Source: Spirochaetaceae bacterium (GTDB lineage: Bacteria; Spirochaetota; Spirochaetia; DSM-2461). Taken from it: a stretch of 64,000 nucleotides of DNA. The notes below the pieces were generated by a model, which was not told the origin of the DNA, did no database searches, and saw nothing but the letters and a program-made list of their open reading frames with translations. The stretch is from contig JAOPTT010000004.1 in the NCBI GenBank assembly GCA_051531975.1, positions 96,001-160,000 of the forward strand. The letters are read 5' to 3'. Positions 1-10,307 of the stretch are shown here, in pieces (the first letter of the stretch is position 1; each line of letters begins with the position of its first letter). Both the position numbers and the translations under genes were made by a program.

Positions 1-597
1 ATGTTTAGAGACCCAAGTTTTTTTAAAGAAATAATAGAAAAAGTATTTCCTTATATTCAAACGTATCCATTTGTAAAAATATGGCATGCAGGGTGTAGTT
101 CCGGTCAAGAAGTTTACTCTATGGCCATACTGCTAAAAGAAGCAAATCTGTATAATAAGACTCAAATATATGCTACTGATTTTAATATGGATATTTTAGA
201 TAGAGCTAAAGAGGCTATTTATCCTATAGACTATATCAAAACATATACAAATAATTACCAACAAGTTGGAGGTCACAACTCTTTTGTTGATTATTATACA
301 GCTGACTCTGATTCTGCTACAATTTCACCTTTACTAAAAGAGAATATACTTTTCTCTTTTCATAATTTGGTTACAGATGGAGTTTTTGGTGAAATGAATA
401 TAATTTCTTGTAGAAATGTGCTTATATATTTTGATCGAGATCTTCAGAATAGGGTATTAAAGCTATTTCATGAAAGTCTTGTTCCTGGTGGTTTTTTATG
501 TTTAGGATCAAAAGAATCCATAAGATATTCAGAGGTTGATAAGTTATTTGAAACTGTATCTTTAACCGAGAAAATATACCGAAAAAGAGTTATATAA
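1..597 (+). CDS. cheR: CheR-family protein-glutamate O-methyltransferase (probably 5'-partial at window edge)
   Basis: Motifs FRDP, KIWHAGCSSGQEVYS, IYATD, CRNVLIYF, GFLCLGSKES; shorter than a full CheR, so the start is likely upstream of the window. Confidence 0.9.
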   Translation: MFRDPSFFKEIIEKVFPYIQTYPFVKIWHAGCSSGQEVYSMAILLKEANLYNKTQIYATDFNMDILDRAKEAIYPIDYIKTYTNNYQQVGGHNSFVDYYTADSDSATISPLLKENILFSFHNLVTDGVFGEMNIISCRNVLIYFDRDLQNRVLKLFHESLVPGGFLCLGSKESIRYSEVDKLFETVSLTEKIYRKRVI

Positions 598-599
598 CT

Positions 600-1172
600 A
601 TGGATGATTTTGATATTGTTGTTATAGGAGCATCGGCAGGAGGTCTTTCTGCTTTAGAATCTATACTTATGAACATAAACCGTTATATAAAAGTCCCAAT
701 AGTTATAGTCCAGCACTTAAGCGCTAATAGTGGGGATTCTCTCGTTACCCTTTTAAAGAAATATTCTGTTATAGAACTATCAGAACCTATTGATAAAGAG
801 TTTATTATGGATAACCATGTTTATTTAGCCCCAGCAGATTATCATGTTATGATTGAGAAAGACAGATCAATAAGTCTTAGTTTGGATCCTAAGGTTAATT
901 ACTGTCGGCCAGCGATAGACGTTCTTTTCGAAACTGCAGCAGAGGTTTATTACGAAAAAACATTGGGGATTTTATTAACTGGGGCTAACTGCGATGGTAC
1001 CAATGGTTTTAAAGTTATAAAAAAGTTTAAAGGCACAACAATTGCACAAAATCCAGAAGAAGCACAGATAGCCACAATGCCAGAAAGTGCTATAAATGCA
1101 GGATATGTTGATTTTGTTTTGAATTTAAAAGAAATAAGTATTATGCTGAACAGAGTATTAAAGGAGATTTAA
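600..1172 (+). CDS. cheB: Stand-alone CheB-type methylesterase domain protein (no receiver domain)
   Basis: VVIGASAGG, IVIVQH, RPAIDVLFETAA, GILLTGANCDG motifs. Confidence 0.9.
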   Translation: MDDFDIVVIGASAGGLSALESILMNINRYIKVPIVIVQHLSANSGDSLVTLLKKYSVIELSEPIDKEFIMDNHVYLAPADYHVMIEKDRSISLSLDPKVNYCRPAIDVLFETAAEVYYEKTLGILLTGANCDGTNGFKVIKKFKGTTIAQNPEEAQIATMPESAINAGYVDFVLNLKEISIMLNRVLKEI

Positions 1173-2185
1173 TGAGTCAACTCAATATACTGGTCGTAGA
1201 CGATATACCAGAAAATCTATTTTCTATGAAACAATTATTAGAGTCTGAGGATTTGGATCTGAATGTAATAACGGCTGAATCTGGTCTAATAGCTCTTGAG
1301 ATGACTCTCATATACAATTTTTCCTTAATTTTACTAGATGTTCAAATGCCAGAAATGAACGGTTATGAAACTGCTGAACTTTTAAGAGGTAGTAAAAAAA
1401 CAAAGTTTATACCTATTATTTTTGTAACTGCAAATAATAGAGAAGATAATAACATTTTTAAAGGTTACGAAAGTGGCGCAGTTGACTATCTTTTTAAACC
1501 TGTTAACCCAATTATTCTGTTAAGTAAGATAAAAGTATTTTTAGATCTTGGAAGGCAAAAAATTGCTTTAGAGCATAAAAGTCGAGAATTAGATATTAAA
1601 GTCAAAGAACTAGAAACTTTAAAACACGAATTAGAACTTAATAATAAAGCATTAGAACAACTTACAATGGAAGATGGATTAACATCTTTAGGTAATAGAC
1701 GATGTTTTGATATAACCTTAGATTCTGAATGGCAACGAGGTCTAAGATTTAGACAACCATTGTCAGTTGTAATGATAGATATCGATCACTTTAAGCCATA
1801 CAATGACACATATGGACATCAAGAGGGGGACATCTGCCTTAAAAGGGTTGCTAGTTCACTTAATTCTACACTTAAAAGACAATGTGATATTGTTACAAGA
1901 TATGGAGGAGAGGAGTTTGTTGCAATACTACCAGATACAAACTCTGAGGGAGCAGTACAAGTTGCAGAACGTATGTTACATGCTATTGATATATTAGATA
2001 TTTCCCATAGTACTTCTTTAACCCTTGATCATGTTACAGTCAGTTTAGGAGTTGCTACAGTTATTCCTGCCCCTGGGTCTATTCCTGAGTTTTTAATCAA
2101 AGCTGTGGATGCTGCTTTATATGATGCAAAAGCTGGTGGTCGAAACCAACTGGTTGTTGCTAAATCTGTTTCTGTCTTAAAATAA
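1172..2185 (+). CDS. Response-regulator diguanylate cyclase (REC-coiled coil-GGDEF)
   Basis: N-terminal VVDD / LLDVQMP / KP receiver motifs; DGLT..NRR, IDIDHFK.YND.YGH, RQCD I-site, RYGGEEF. Confidence 0.92.
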   Translation: MSQLNILVVDDIPENLFSMKQLLESEDLDLNVITAESGLIALEMTLIYNFSLILLDVQMPEMNGYETAELLRGSKKTKFIPIIFVTANNREDNNIFKGYESGAVDYLFKPVNPIILLSKIKVFLDLGRQKIALEHKSRELDIKVKELETLKHELELNNKALEQLTMEDGLTSLGNRRCFDITLDSEWQRGLRFRQPLSVVMIDIDHFKPYNDTYGHQEGDICLKRVASSLNSTLKRQCDIVTRYGGEEFVAILPDTNSEGAVQVAERMLHAIDILDISHSTSLTLDHVTVSLGVATVIPAPGSIPEFLIKAVDAALYDAKAGGRNQLVVAKSVSVLK

Positions 2186-3023
2186 ATTTGTATACAGATT
2201 TTATAATTAAGGTTAAAAGATATGTAAATCCGGCCAAAATAATAATTACAGGTCCAGATGGAGTATCTGTTATATAGCTTATTGTAATACCACTTATCGA
2301 AAATATCATTGTTAGACAAATTGTAGTTAATATTATTGGTGAAAGCCTTCTAAAAAATAACCCACTAATTGCAGAGGGAATTGTTAATAGAGCTATTACC
2401 ATTACTATACCTATTATTGTTGTCATTAGAACCACAGTTATTGCAGTTAATATTAGAATCACAAAGTAGTAAAAATTTGGATTACCACCTCTTATTGCTG
2501 TATACTCAGGGTCGAAGCTAGATGCTTGTAGCTTATTAAAAAATAGTATTCCAACAGTTATTACTATAATATCTAAGATTGTAACTAAATAAAGGTCCGT
2601 ATTGGATACAATTAGTATATTCCCAAATAGATAACTCATTGGGTCTGTATATCCATTTGTTTTAGATATAAAAAGTAGACCTACAGCCATTCCAATTGCC
2701 CATATAGCTCCTATTACAGAGTCTTCTCTCTGATTTGCATACATTTTTACAAAACCTATAATTAGGGCTGATATTATAGCTGCAATAAAAGCTCCTAAAG
2801 TAGGATGAAACCATGTCCATCCATATGCCTCATTAGCATAAATTGCAAAACCAATACCTGCTAAAACCGAATGACTAATTGCCCCAGCTATATAGCTTAT
2901 CTTTCTAATAACTACAAAAGTTCCAATAACACCAAAAGATATACTAGAAAGTAATCCAATAATTAATGCATTTCTTAGAAAAGGAATAGCTGGATTTAAA
3001 ACCGCCCCAATAAACTCATTCAT
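2160..3023 (-). CDS. Zn/Mn ABC transporter permease (ZnuB/MntB family)
   Basis: ISHSVLAG, YLFGNIL, SFDPEY motifs; hydrophobic; coupled to adjacent ATPase. Confidence 0.88.
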   Translation of the reverse strand: MNEFIGAVLNPAIPFLRNALIIGLLSSISFGVIGTFVVIRKISYIAGAISHSVLAGIGFAIYANEAYGWTWFHPTLGAFIAAIISALIIGFVKMYANQREDSVIGAIWAIGMAVGLLFISKTNGYTDPMSYLFGNILIVSNTDLYLVTILDIIVITVGILFFNKLQASSFDPEYTAIRGGNPNFYYFVILILTAITVVLMTTIIGIVMVIALLTIPSAISGLFFRRLSPIILTTICLTMIFSISGITISYITDTPSGPVIIILAGFTYLLTLIIKSVYKFILRQKQI

Positions 3024-3771
3024 GTAGATCCTCCATTTTTGTCTGATGGTTAACTATTTTTACAGGTCTGCCAAAAAGTGTATCCATTGATTCTATTTCG
3101 ATTTTACCAGTAGGATGAATTTTAACCTCTTTATTAACGCATATAACCTTTTGCACATTTTCCGTTACAAATGTTAGGTCATGGCTTATTAGAATTATTG
3201 TCATTGATTCATTAAATCTAAAAAGTAACTCATATAATCTATTTTCTGTTATTTTATCTATATTGGATGTTGGCTCATCTAGAATTAAAACTTTTGGGTT
3301 AGAAACAACAGCTCTAGCTATTAAAACTCTCTGCCTCTGCCCTCCAGATAACTCTGAAAAGTGTCTTTTTTCAAATCCTACTAGATCTACATCCTTTAAG
3401 GCATTTAATGCAGCACTTTTATCCTTTGCTGTATAAAAAAGCCTACCTTTTTTTAAGCGACCCATTAATACAACATCCATAACGTTTATAGGGAAATCTA
3501 GATCAAAATTAGAGTACTGTGGAACATACCCTACATCACCTCTAGCTTTTAAAGGTGTCTGTCCAAATATCGTAATATATCCTTTTGATGGTTTTAATAA
3601 ACCTAGTATAAGTTTGGCTAAAGTTGACTTCCCACCACCATTTGGTCCAACAAAGCAGATAAAGCTACCTTTTTCTATGTGGAAATGTGCATTCTTTATT
3701 ACTAGATCATCTTTATATCTAAAGTTAACATTTTCAACTCTTATTTCATTTAACTCTGCAACAATACTCAA
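3016..3771 (-). CDS. Zn/Mn ABC transporter ATP-binding protein (ZnuC-like)
   Basis: GPNGGGKST, GYVPQ, LSGGQRQR, LDEPT, SHDL. Confidence 0.9.
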   Translation of the reverse strand: MSIVAELNEIRVENVNFRYKDDLVIKNAHFHIEKGSFICFVGPNGGGKSTLAKLILGLLKPSKGYITIFGQTPLKARGDVGYVPQYSNFDLDFPINVMDVVLMGRLKKGRLFYTAKDKSAALNALKDVDLVGFEKRHFSELSGGQRQRVLIARAVVSNPKVLILDEPTSNIDKITENRLYELLFRFNESMTIILISHDLTFVTENVQKVICVNKEVKIHPTGKIEIESMDTLFGRPVKIVNHQTKMEDLHE

Positions 3772-3815
3772 TTGATATTCCTTATTAGTTCAGTTTAAAT
3801 TATATATATATAAAA

Positions 3816-4553
3816 TTATATAAGTTTTTCTATACTTAGTGTTTTATAAATATAATCTGAAACTGTTTGTGGAGCACTTTTCCCTGGTAGTCCCCTTGCT
3901 TTAATAATATTGATATCTATTTTTTTTGCATATTTATAGTCTATACCACCATCATTACTAGCAACATCGATAATTAGAACACTTTTTTTACTGGTATCTA
4001 GGACTTTTTTGTCAATATTTAATTTAGGTATTGTATTGATAATAAAATCTGCTACCTTTAAGTCAGTAGTTATGTTACCACCTAATAACTTCAATAACTT
4101 TATTAAGTGTAAACTTATTCTACCAGAACCTATTATAGCAATATTTGCGTTGTTAATTGTTATATCACTTTTATCAATAATTATTTTTATTACCTCTTCA
4201 CATGCTGGAATTACTGTCATATCTGTAAAGGTTCTGTTTTTGGTTAAATCATATAATCTGTTATCATGGAAATTAAAAGGACCTCCAATTATTCTAGCAT
4301 CAGAATCAACTCTCTCTAACAGATGGTCTATGTGTATATTGTCGTAACTGTATGGTGAATATAGAGTGGAGTTGTCGATGGTAAAAGGGATAGGACATAT
4401 AACAGTGTTGTATCCCTTTAATTTGATGCTTTTTTTTGGGATTTTTTTAGTCAGATAGTCAAAACCTTCTAGTGTTACCTTGTGTTTATTCTCAAGCAGA
4501 GTTTTATATAGATAATAATTTGTTAAATCACCTGCAATAATTAATATTTTCAT
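3816..4553 (-). CDS. Dipicolinate synthase subunit A (DpaA/SpoVFA)-like Rossmann-fold protein
   Basis: IAGD..., VICPIPFT, IGSGRI, IINTIP, LIIDVAS..GGIDY, GLPGKSAPQT resemble the SpoVFA motif order. Confidence 0.72.
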   Translation of the reverse strand: MKILIIAGDLTNYYLYKTLLENKHKVTLEGFDYLTKKIPKKSIKLKGYNTVICPIPFTIDNSTLYSPYSYDNIHIDHLLERVDSDARIIGGPFNFHDNRLYDLTKNRTFTDMTVIPACEEVIKIIIDKSDITINNANIAIIGSGRISLHLIKLLKLLGGNITTDLKVADFIINTIPKLNIDKKVLDTSKKSVLIIDVASNDGGIDYKYAKKIDINIIKARGLPGKSAPQTVSDYIYKTLSIEKLI

Positions 4554-4562
4554 ATGAATATA

Positions 4563-5054
4563 TTAAACAAGTTTTGGGTCTAATGAAATATGAATATCTT
4601 TATTTGTATCAAGTTGTATGTATTTTACTCCTGAACTATCAAATAGGCGTCTAGAAACTTTAAATACATCCTGGTCTTTATATTTATCAGAAAGATAAAT
4701 TACCTTAGTTATACCACTTTGAATTATTGCTTTCGCACATTCGTTGCATGGAAATAGACCAACATAAAGTTCTGCATCAGATATATCACTATTATTTGAA
4801 TTCAATATTGCATTTAGTTCTGCATGTACTATATACGGGTATTTTGTATCCATGAACTCCCCAGTTTTACTCCATGGGTAATCGTCATCAGAGCAGCCTT
4901 TAGGCAGTCCATTATAACCTATACCTAGTATTTTATTATCTTTAACGATACATGCTCCTACTTGAGTATTTGGGTCTTTGCTTCGTTTTCCAGATAAGAT
5001 AGCAATACCCATAAAATATTCATCCCAGGATATGTATGATTCTCTTTTTTTCAT
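4563..5054 (-). CDS. dCMP deaminase family protein
   Basis: [31 protein letters not shown] zinc motif. Confidence 0.92.
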   Translation of the reverse strand: MKKRESYISWDEYFMGIAILSGKRSKDPNTQVGACIVKDNKILGIGYNGLPKGCSDDDYPWSKTGEFMDTKYPYIVHAELNAILNSNNSDISDAELYVGLFPCNECAKAIIQSGITKVIYLSDKYKDQDVFKVSRRLFDSSGVKYIQLDTNKDIHISLDPKLV

Positions 5055-5728
5055 TGTTTAATAAACTCTCTCGCAGCATCAATCCATATTACTGGAATTT
5101 CATGTTCAGATTTGTATTTTTTTATTATACTGTTTGTTGGTAACTTTTCAACTAGCTCCTGAAAATCAGCCTCAGATGTTAGTTGATCATTTTCTCCTCT
5201 AATAACTAATATATTATTAGAGGAAGAGTTGTATTTTGTATTAAAAGGAGAGATTAGTATGGTTTTAAACTGGATATCTTTGAGATCTAATCCAAGTACG
5301 ACATTACAACCTATAGAAAATGCAGTTACTGATACTGGATTGTTTTCTAATTTATTATCCTTTAAAACAGTACCAATGGCCTCAGAAATTCCAATAATAG
5401 ATTTTTCTATAAGCAGTTGTTTATCGTGGTTAGTCAGATCAGCAGTATTAAAATGTTTGTCATTTATTTCCCAATCCCCATGACCATAGAGATCAAATGC
5501 TATAAAAGGAGAATTTGTTTTAATTGATTCCTTTAATAAATTACCTAATTTTAGTACTGAGTTAAAACATAACCAGTCCTCTTTATCATGACCCTCTCCA
5601 TGTATTGCTATATTCACACACTCATTGGAAATTTCTGGAGAATAAAATAGATAAGGTACATAACCTACACTAGTTTCTATTTCTCCCTTTTTAATCTCAA
5701 AACCATTCCATAATATACTTTGTTTCAT
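5051..5728 (-). CDS. Putative alpha/beta-hydrolase fold protein
   Basis: [11 protein letters not shown], nucleophile-elbow-like AFSIG, GEND, distal His (SEHEI). Confidence 0.6.
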   Translation of the reverse strand: MKQSILWNGFEIKKGEIETSVGYVPYLFYSPEISNECVNIAIHGEGHDKEDWLCFNSVLKLGNLLKESIKTNSPFIAFDLYGHGDWEINDKHFNTADLTNHDKQLLIEKSIIGISEAIGTVLKDNKLENNPVSVTAFSIGCNVVLGLDLKDIQFKTILISPFNTKYNSSSNNILVIRGENDQLTSEADFQELVEKLPTNSIIKKYKSEHEIPVIWIDAAREFIKQ

Positions 5729-5814
5729 CTATTTTTCCTAATAAAAGTCTATTAATAATTGTATGATTGATATATACTACGGTCAAACTATTTTATAATT
5801 TAAGGAGTATAATT

Positions 5815-6360
5815 ATGAGATTTTTAGTTATTTCTGATATTCATGGAAGTATTACGGCTTTTAAAAAAGTTTTAGCTATTTTTAATGGTGGTGATTTTGA
5901 TAAACTTCTTATATGTGGAGACCTATTATATCATGGTGCAAGAAACCCACTTCCTGAAGGTTATGATCCAAAAAATCTTAGTGACTTATTAAACAGCGTA
6001 AAAGAGAGCCTTATTGTTGTTAAAGGTAATTGTGAAAGTGAAGTTGATAGTATGGTATTAGAATTTCCCATATCTGGTGACTACTCCCATATTATCACAC
6101 CGAGTTTAGATGTTTTCTTGAGTCATGGACATATTTATAGCCCAGAAAACCTACCTGCATTAAAAGCCAATACCGTATTTATTTCTGGGCATACACATAT
6201 ACCTACTGCTGATAAAATTGGAGACACATATTGTTTCAATCCAGGATCTATTTCATTGCCAAAAGGTGGATTTGGTCCAAGTTATGGGTTATTGACGGAA
6301 AATATATGGGAAGTTCGGGATTTAAATGAAAATTTTGTAATAAAGTCGTGTAATTTATAG
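5815..6360 (+). CDS. yfcE: YfcE-type metallophosphoesterase
   Basis: SDIHG, GDLLYHGARN, GNC, SHGH, GHTHIP, NPGS; start re-assigned to ATG 5815 behind the AAGGAG RBS. Confidence 0.9.
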   Translation: MRFLVISDIHGSITAFKKVLAIFNGGDFDKLLICGDLLYHGARNPLPEGYDPKNLSDLLNSVKESLIVVKGNCESEVDSMVLEFPISGDYSHIITPSLDVFLSHGHIYSPENLPALKANTVFISGHTHIPTADKIGDTYCFNPGSISLPKGGFGPSYGLLTENIWEVRDLNENFVIKSCNL

Positions 6361-6456
6361 TCTAAAAACAGTTGTTTACTAGATTATTCTGACATTGACT
6401 GTTATTCTGTTAATAACAAATTTGTTTATATTGTCAAAATAACCTAGGAGAGTTTT

Positions 6457-7050
6457 ATGCCTAAAATTGTAGATCATGAAGAAAGAAAAAGAGACATTAT
6501 GGAGATGGCTCTTGCGATTTTTATTGAAGAAGGCTATACAAATACAAAATTAGCTAATATTGCAGATAAGTGCTGTATTGCTAGAACTACTCTGTACCAA
6601 TATTTTGGGAATAAGGATGAAATTTTTAAATATGCAATAAAAACATTTACAGACTCATTACAAGTTGATTATAAAACATTAGGTGGTAGATTAGATATTC
6701 AACCAGATGCAAAACTTGAAATGATTATTAGAGATATAATTGATGTTTGTTTTACTAGAAGAGAGTTACTATTCCTATTACTAGAATTTTTAATTCAGGT
6801 TAAAAGTGAAGGTCGTCGTTTTGCGAGAAGTCTAAACAGACGTACTATTAGGATACGAAAGCTATTTTCTAGAATTATTAGTGATGGTATAAAAATGGAG
6901 ATGTTTAAGGATCTACATGTACCAAGTATGACAGATATATTAGTTAGTCAGATAGAATCTATTGTTGTACAGTTATCACTGACAGAACAATCAACTAGAG
7001 ACGAGAACATTACTCGGATGATGTGCCTTTTAGACTGTTTTAAAAAATAA
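6457..7050 (+). CDS. TetR/AcrR family transcriptional regulator
   Basis: MPKIVDHEERK start, HTH IA..CIARTTLYQYFGNKDEI; AGGAG RBS. Confidence 0.9.
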   Translation: MPKIVDHEERKRDIMEMALAIFIEEGYTNTKLANIADKCCIARTTLYQYFGNKDEIFKYAIKTFTDSLQVDYKTLGGRLDIQPDAKLEMIIRDIIDVCFTRRELLFLLLEFLIQVKSEGRRFARSLNRRTIRIRKLFSRIISDGIKMEMFKDLHVPSMTDILVSQIESIVVQLSLTEQSTRDENITRMMCLLDCFKK

Positions 7051-7058
7051 GGGAATAT

Positions 7059-7649
7059 ATGGTAAATTTTAGACAAGCAAAGTTTGTAACTGCATTTAGT
7101 GCAAAATCAAAACCACCAGAAGATAGATTCATTGAAGTTGCTTTTGCAGGGCGTTCTAACGCTGGGAAATCAAGTTCTTTAAACGTATTAACCGATCAAA
7201 AAAAGCTAGCAAGAACCAGTAGTAAACCTGGGCGAACACAGCAGATAAACTTTTTTGGTTTAGATGATAAAAGATTTTTAGTTGACCTTCCAGGTTATGG
7301 ATATGCAGCTGTGTCTAAAACCTTGAAAGAAGAATGGCAAGGTCTAATGGAAGGTTTTCTCCGTAGTCGTCAGAGTCTAAAAGGTGTTGTTATTATTATG
7401 GATATTAGGCATCCGTTAAAAGAGAGTGACATTCAAATGATAGAGTGGTGCGATGAACGTGGTTTACCTATGCATCTTGTTTTAACAAAAGCTGACAAGA
7501 TTAAAAAGAATAAAATAAATCAGTCTCTGTTCTCTGTACAGAAAGCTATAAAAGATATTAAAACAGAAATATCATGCCAAGTCTTTTCCGCTGAAACTAA
7601 GCTTGGTCTATCTGAGCTAAAAGTTAAACTTAGAGGGTGGATGGAGTAA
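7059..7649 (+). CDS. engB: Ribosome biogenesis GTPase YihA/YsxC
   Basis: EVAFAGRSNAGKSS, SSKPGRTQ, DLPGYGY, TKADK. Confidence 0.95.
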   Translation: MVNFRQAKFVTAFSAKSKPPEDRFIEVAFAGRSNAGKSSSLNVLTDQKKLARTSSKPGRTQQINFFGLDDKRFLVDLPGYGYAAVSKTLKEEWQGLMEGFLRSRQSLKGVVIIMDIRHPLKESDIQMIEWCDERGLPMHLVLTKADKIKKNKINQSLFSVQKAIKDIKTEISCQVFSAETKLGLSELKVKLRGWME

Positions 7650-7652
7650 TAA

Positions 7653-8606
7653 TTGATAAAACCTATAGTTATCTTATTTGTATTGTTTTCTATTTTTAGT
7701 TGTTCACCACAATTAATTAAGGTTACAAACAAAAGTGAAGTAGGTTTTATAAACTCAAAATCCGAGGTCCTAATCGATTTTAAATATAAAAAAGCCTACA
7801 ACTTCTCGGATAAATATACTCCTGCTTCTTTAGATGGAAAGTTATGGGGGTATATTAATAAAAAGGGTAAACCAGTTATTGGTTTTGAATATGAAAGTAC
7901 AATCGGTTTTTCTGAAGATTATGCTGGAGTTAAACAAAATGGTAAGTGGGGTTTTATAAATAGAAGTGGAGATATTGTCATTCCTCTAATTTATCGAAAT
8001 GTATGTTCATATATCGATGGTATTGCAAGGGTTGAAAAAGATAATAGTACTTTCTATATAGATGAAAAGGGTGTAATCGTATTGAATCCAGCATATATTT
8101 ATTCTGGGGAGTTTCGTCAAGGTTATGCAGCTGTTCTTATTGAAAATAAATTTGGGTATATAGATCAAAAAGGTAAACTTTTAAGTGACAATACATATAC
8201 ATATGCCGGTGATTTCAATCAGGGTCTTGCCCCGGTATATCTTGATAATTATGCAGGATATATAGATCTAGAAGCCAATTTAGTATCAAAATTGAAGTAT
8301 ACCTATGTCTCGGAGTATTCTGAAGACTTAGCTTATGTTGAAACTACAACTTTTAAAGGTTATATAGATCTAGAAGGTGATAAAGCCTTTGCCACTAATT
8401 TCGATTATAGTCATAATTTTAATAGCGGATTAGCAAGAGTTGTCTTAAATGGTAAACAGGGTTTTATCAACAAAAGTGGAGAGATTATAATTCCATTGGA
8501 ATGGGACCTTGCTAAAGACTTTTCTAATAATTTTACAACTGTATACAGAGACTCAAAACTCTATGTTATCGATGTTAATAATAAGATTATATGGCCAAAT
8601 AATTAG
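7653..8606 (+). CDS. WG-repeat (KWG Leptospira-type) lipoprotein
   Basis: Lipobox-like FSC; repeated WGYI/WGFI..G...I...Y...FSEG-like units. Confidence 0.8.
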   Translation: MIKPIVILFVLFSIFSCSPQLIKVTNKSEVGFINSKSEVLIDFKYKKAYNFSDKYTPASLDGKLWGYINKKGKPVIGFEYESTIGFSEDYAGVKQNGKWGFINRSGDIVIPLIYRNVCSYIDGIARVEKDNSTFYIDEKGVIVLNPAYIYSGEFRQGYAAVLIENKFGYIDQKGKLLSDNTYTYAGDFNQGLAPVYLDNYAGYIDLEANLVSKLKYTYVSEYSEDLAYVETTTFKGYIDLEGDKAFATNFDYSHNFNSGLARVVLNGKQGFINKSGEIIIPLEWDLAKDFSNNFTTVYRDSKLYVIDVNNKIIWPNN

Positions 8607-8642
8607 TATAGACCCTACGTGTTAAGAGTTCTATAATAAGAT

Positions 8643-9632
8643 ATGAGAGAAATAACTATTATTAAACCAGACGATTTCCATATCCATCTAAGACAAGGTG
8701 AATCACTTAAAAATTACGCTAGGGATTCTGCAAGGCAGTTTAAACGTGGTATTATTATGCCAAATATAACTCCTCCAGTTACCTCAGTTTCAGATGTAAA
8801 CCGATATAGATCTTTAATTGAAGAAGCAGCACCAGGGTTTGAGGCATTAATGACATTTAAAATCCTACCAAAAACTAATCCAGAAGATATAATACATTTA
8901 CAAAAGGCTGGCGTATTAGCTGGGAAATATTACCCTGCAGGAGCTACTACAAACTCTGAAGATGGAATTGTCGACTGGACGATTATGATTCCTGTATTAA
9001 AAGAGATGGAAAGAGTAGGTATGGTTTTAAGTATTCATGGAGAGGTCCCTGAATCCTTTATATTAGATCGAGAGAAAGACTTTTTACCAATATTAAATGA
9101 TATACATACAACGTGCCCAAAACTTAAAATAATATTAGAACATGTTTCATCAAAAGATGCCGTTGATTTTATAAACAGTATGCCAGATAATGTTGTTGCA
9201 ACAGTTACTCTCCACCACCTTCTTTCGACAATTCAAGATGCTATTAACGATAGTAATAATAAATGTATGCCTATTCCTAAATTACCCATAGATAGGGAAG
9301 CTATTAAAAATGTTGTATTCTCTGGTAATAATAAATTCTTTTTTGGTTCTGATAGTGCTCCACATAAAATTGAAACTAAAAATTGTTTTCAGGCTAGTGC
9401 AGGTGTTTATACATCTCCTGTATTATTACCAAAACTTGTACAACTCTTTACTGAAAATGGTGTGATAGATAAACTTGAAAGTTTTACAAGCAAAATTGGG
9501 GCAGATTTTTATGGATTACCATATAATACTGAAACTATAACATTGATTAACAGGCCTATGGTTGTACCTACAGAGTTAAATGGAGTACGACCTTACTTAG
9601 CCGGAGAAACATTGGCTTGGAGTATTAAGTAG
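8643..9632 (+). CDS. pyrC: Dihydroorotase (homodimeric type)
   Basis: PDDFHIHLRQG, IIMPN, KYYPAGATTNS, HGE, LEH, GSDSAPH. Confidence 0.93.
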   Translation: MREITIIKPDDFHIHLRQGESLKNYARDSARQFKRGIIMPNITPPVTSVSDVNRYRSLIEEAAPGFEALMTFKILPKTNPEDIIHLQKAGVLAGKYYPAGATTNSEDGIVDWTIMIPVLKEMERVGMVLSIHGEVPESFILDREKDFLPILNDIHTTCPKLKIILEHVSSKDAVDFINSMPDNVVATVTLHHLLSTIQDAINDSNNKCMPIPKLPIDREAIKNVVFSGNNKFFFGSDSAPHKIETKNCFQASAGVYTSPVLLPKLVQLFTENGVIDKLESFTSKIGADFYGLPYNTETITLINRPMVVPTELNGVRPYLAGETLAWSIK

Positions 9633-10307
9633 GTGGAAAAAATAGATAAAATATTTACCATATTAGTTGAAGAGGTAAAAAAATATAAAGTTCCAGTTGT
9701 TGATTTAATAAAAGTTCAGACAGGATCAGCTTTTAAGATATTAATTGCCACTCTACTTTCAGCAAGATCAAATGATAGAACTACTGCTGAAGTATGTTCA
9801 AGACTTTTTAAAGAAGTTTCAAATGTAGATGACTTTGATAAATTTTCAGTCGATGAACTTGCAACATTGATCTTCCCTATCGGATTTTATAAAAACAAAG
9901 CAAACTTTTTAAAAAAAATGCCAAAAGTTCTAAATGAAAATTTTAACGGAATTATACCACATACAATTGATGAGCTAATAACTCTACCTGGTGTAGGTCG
10001 TAAAACAGCTAACTTAGTATTAGCTCAAGCATTTGAAATTCCAGCTATTTGTGTAGATGTGCACGTTCATAGAATTCTTAATCGTATAGATTATGTTAGA
10101 ACAAAAACACCATATGAAACAGAGATGAGACTTCGAAAGAAACTTCCAAAAAAGTACTGGTTAACAGTTAATACTATATTTGTAATGTTTGGGCAGTATC
10201 TTTGCCGACCTGTAAGTCCAAAATGCGAAATATGCCCTATTATTCATCTATGTAGTAGAAGACATCTAAAAAATAGATCTGATATAAAATCTATTCTCCA
10301 GTTTTAA
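9633..10307 (+). CDS. nth: Endonuclease III
   Basis: Hh[19 protein letters not shown]-x6-C-x2-C-x5-C 4Fe-4S motif. Confidence 0.95.
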   Translation: MEKIDKIFTILVEEVKKYKVPVVDLIKVQTGSAFKILIATLLSARSNDRTTAEVCSRLFKEVSNVDDFDKFSVDELATLIFPIGFYKNKANFLKKMPKVLNENFNGIIPHTIDELITLPGVGRKTANLVLAQAFEIPAICVDVHVHRILNRIDYVRTKTPYETEMRLRKKLPKKYWLTVNTIFVMFGQYLCRPVSPKCEICPIIHLCSRRHLKNRSDIKSILQF

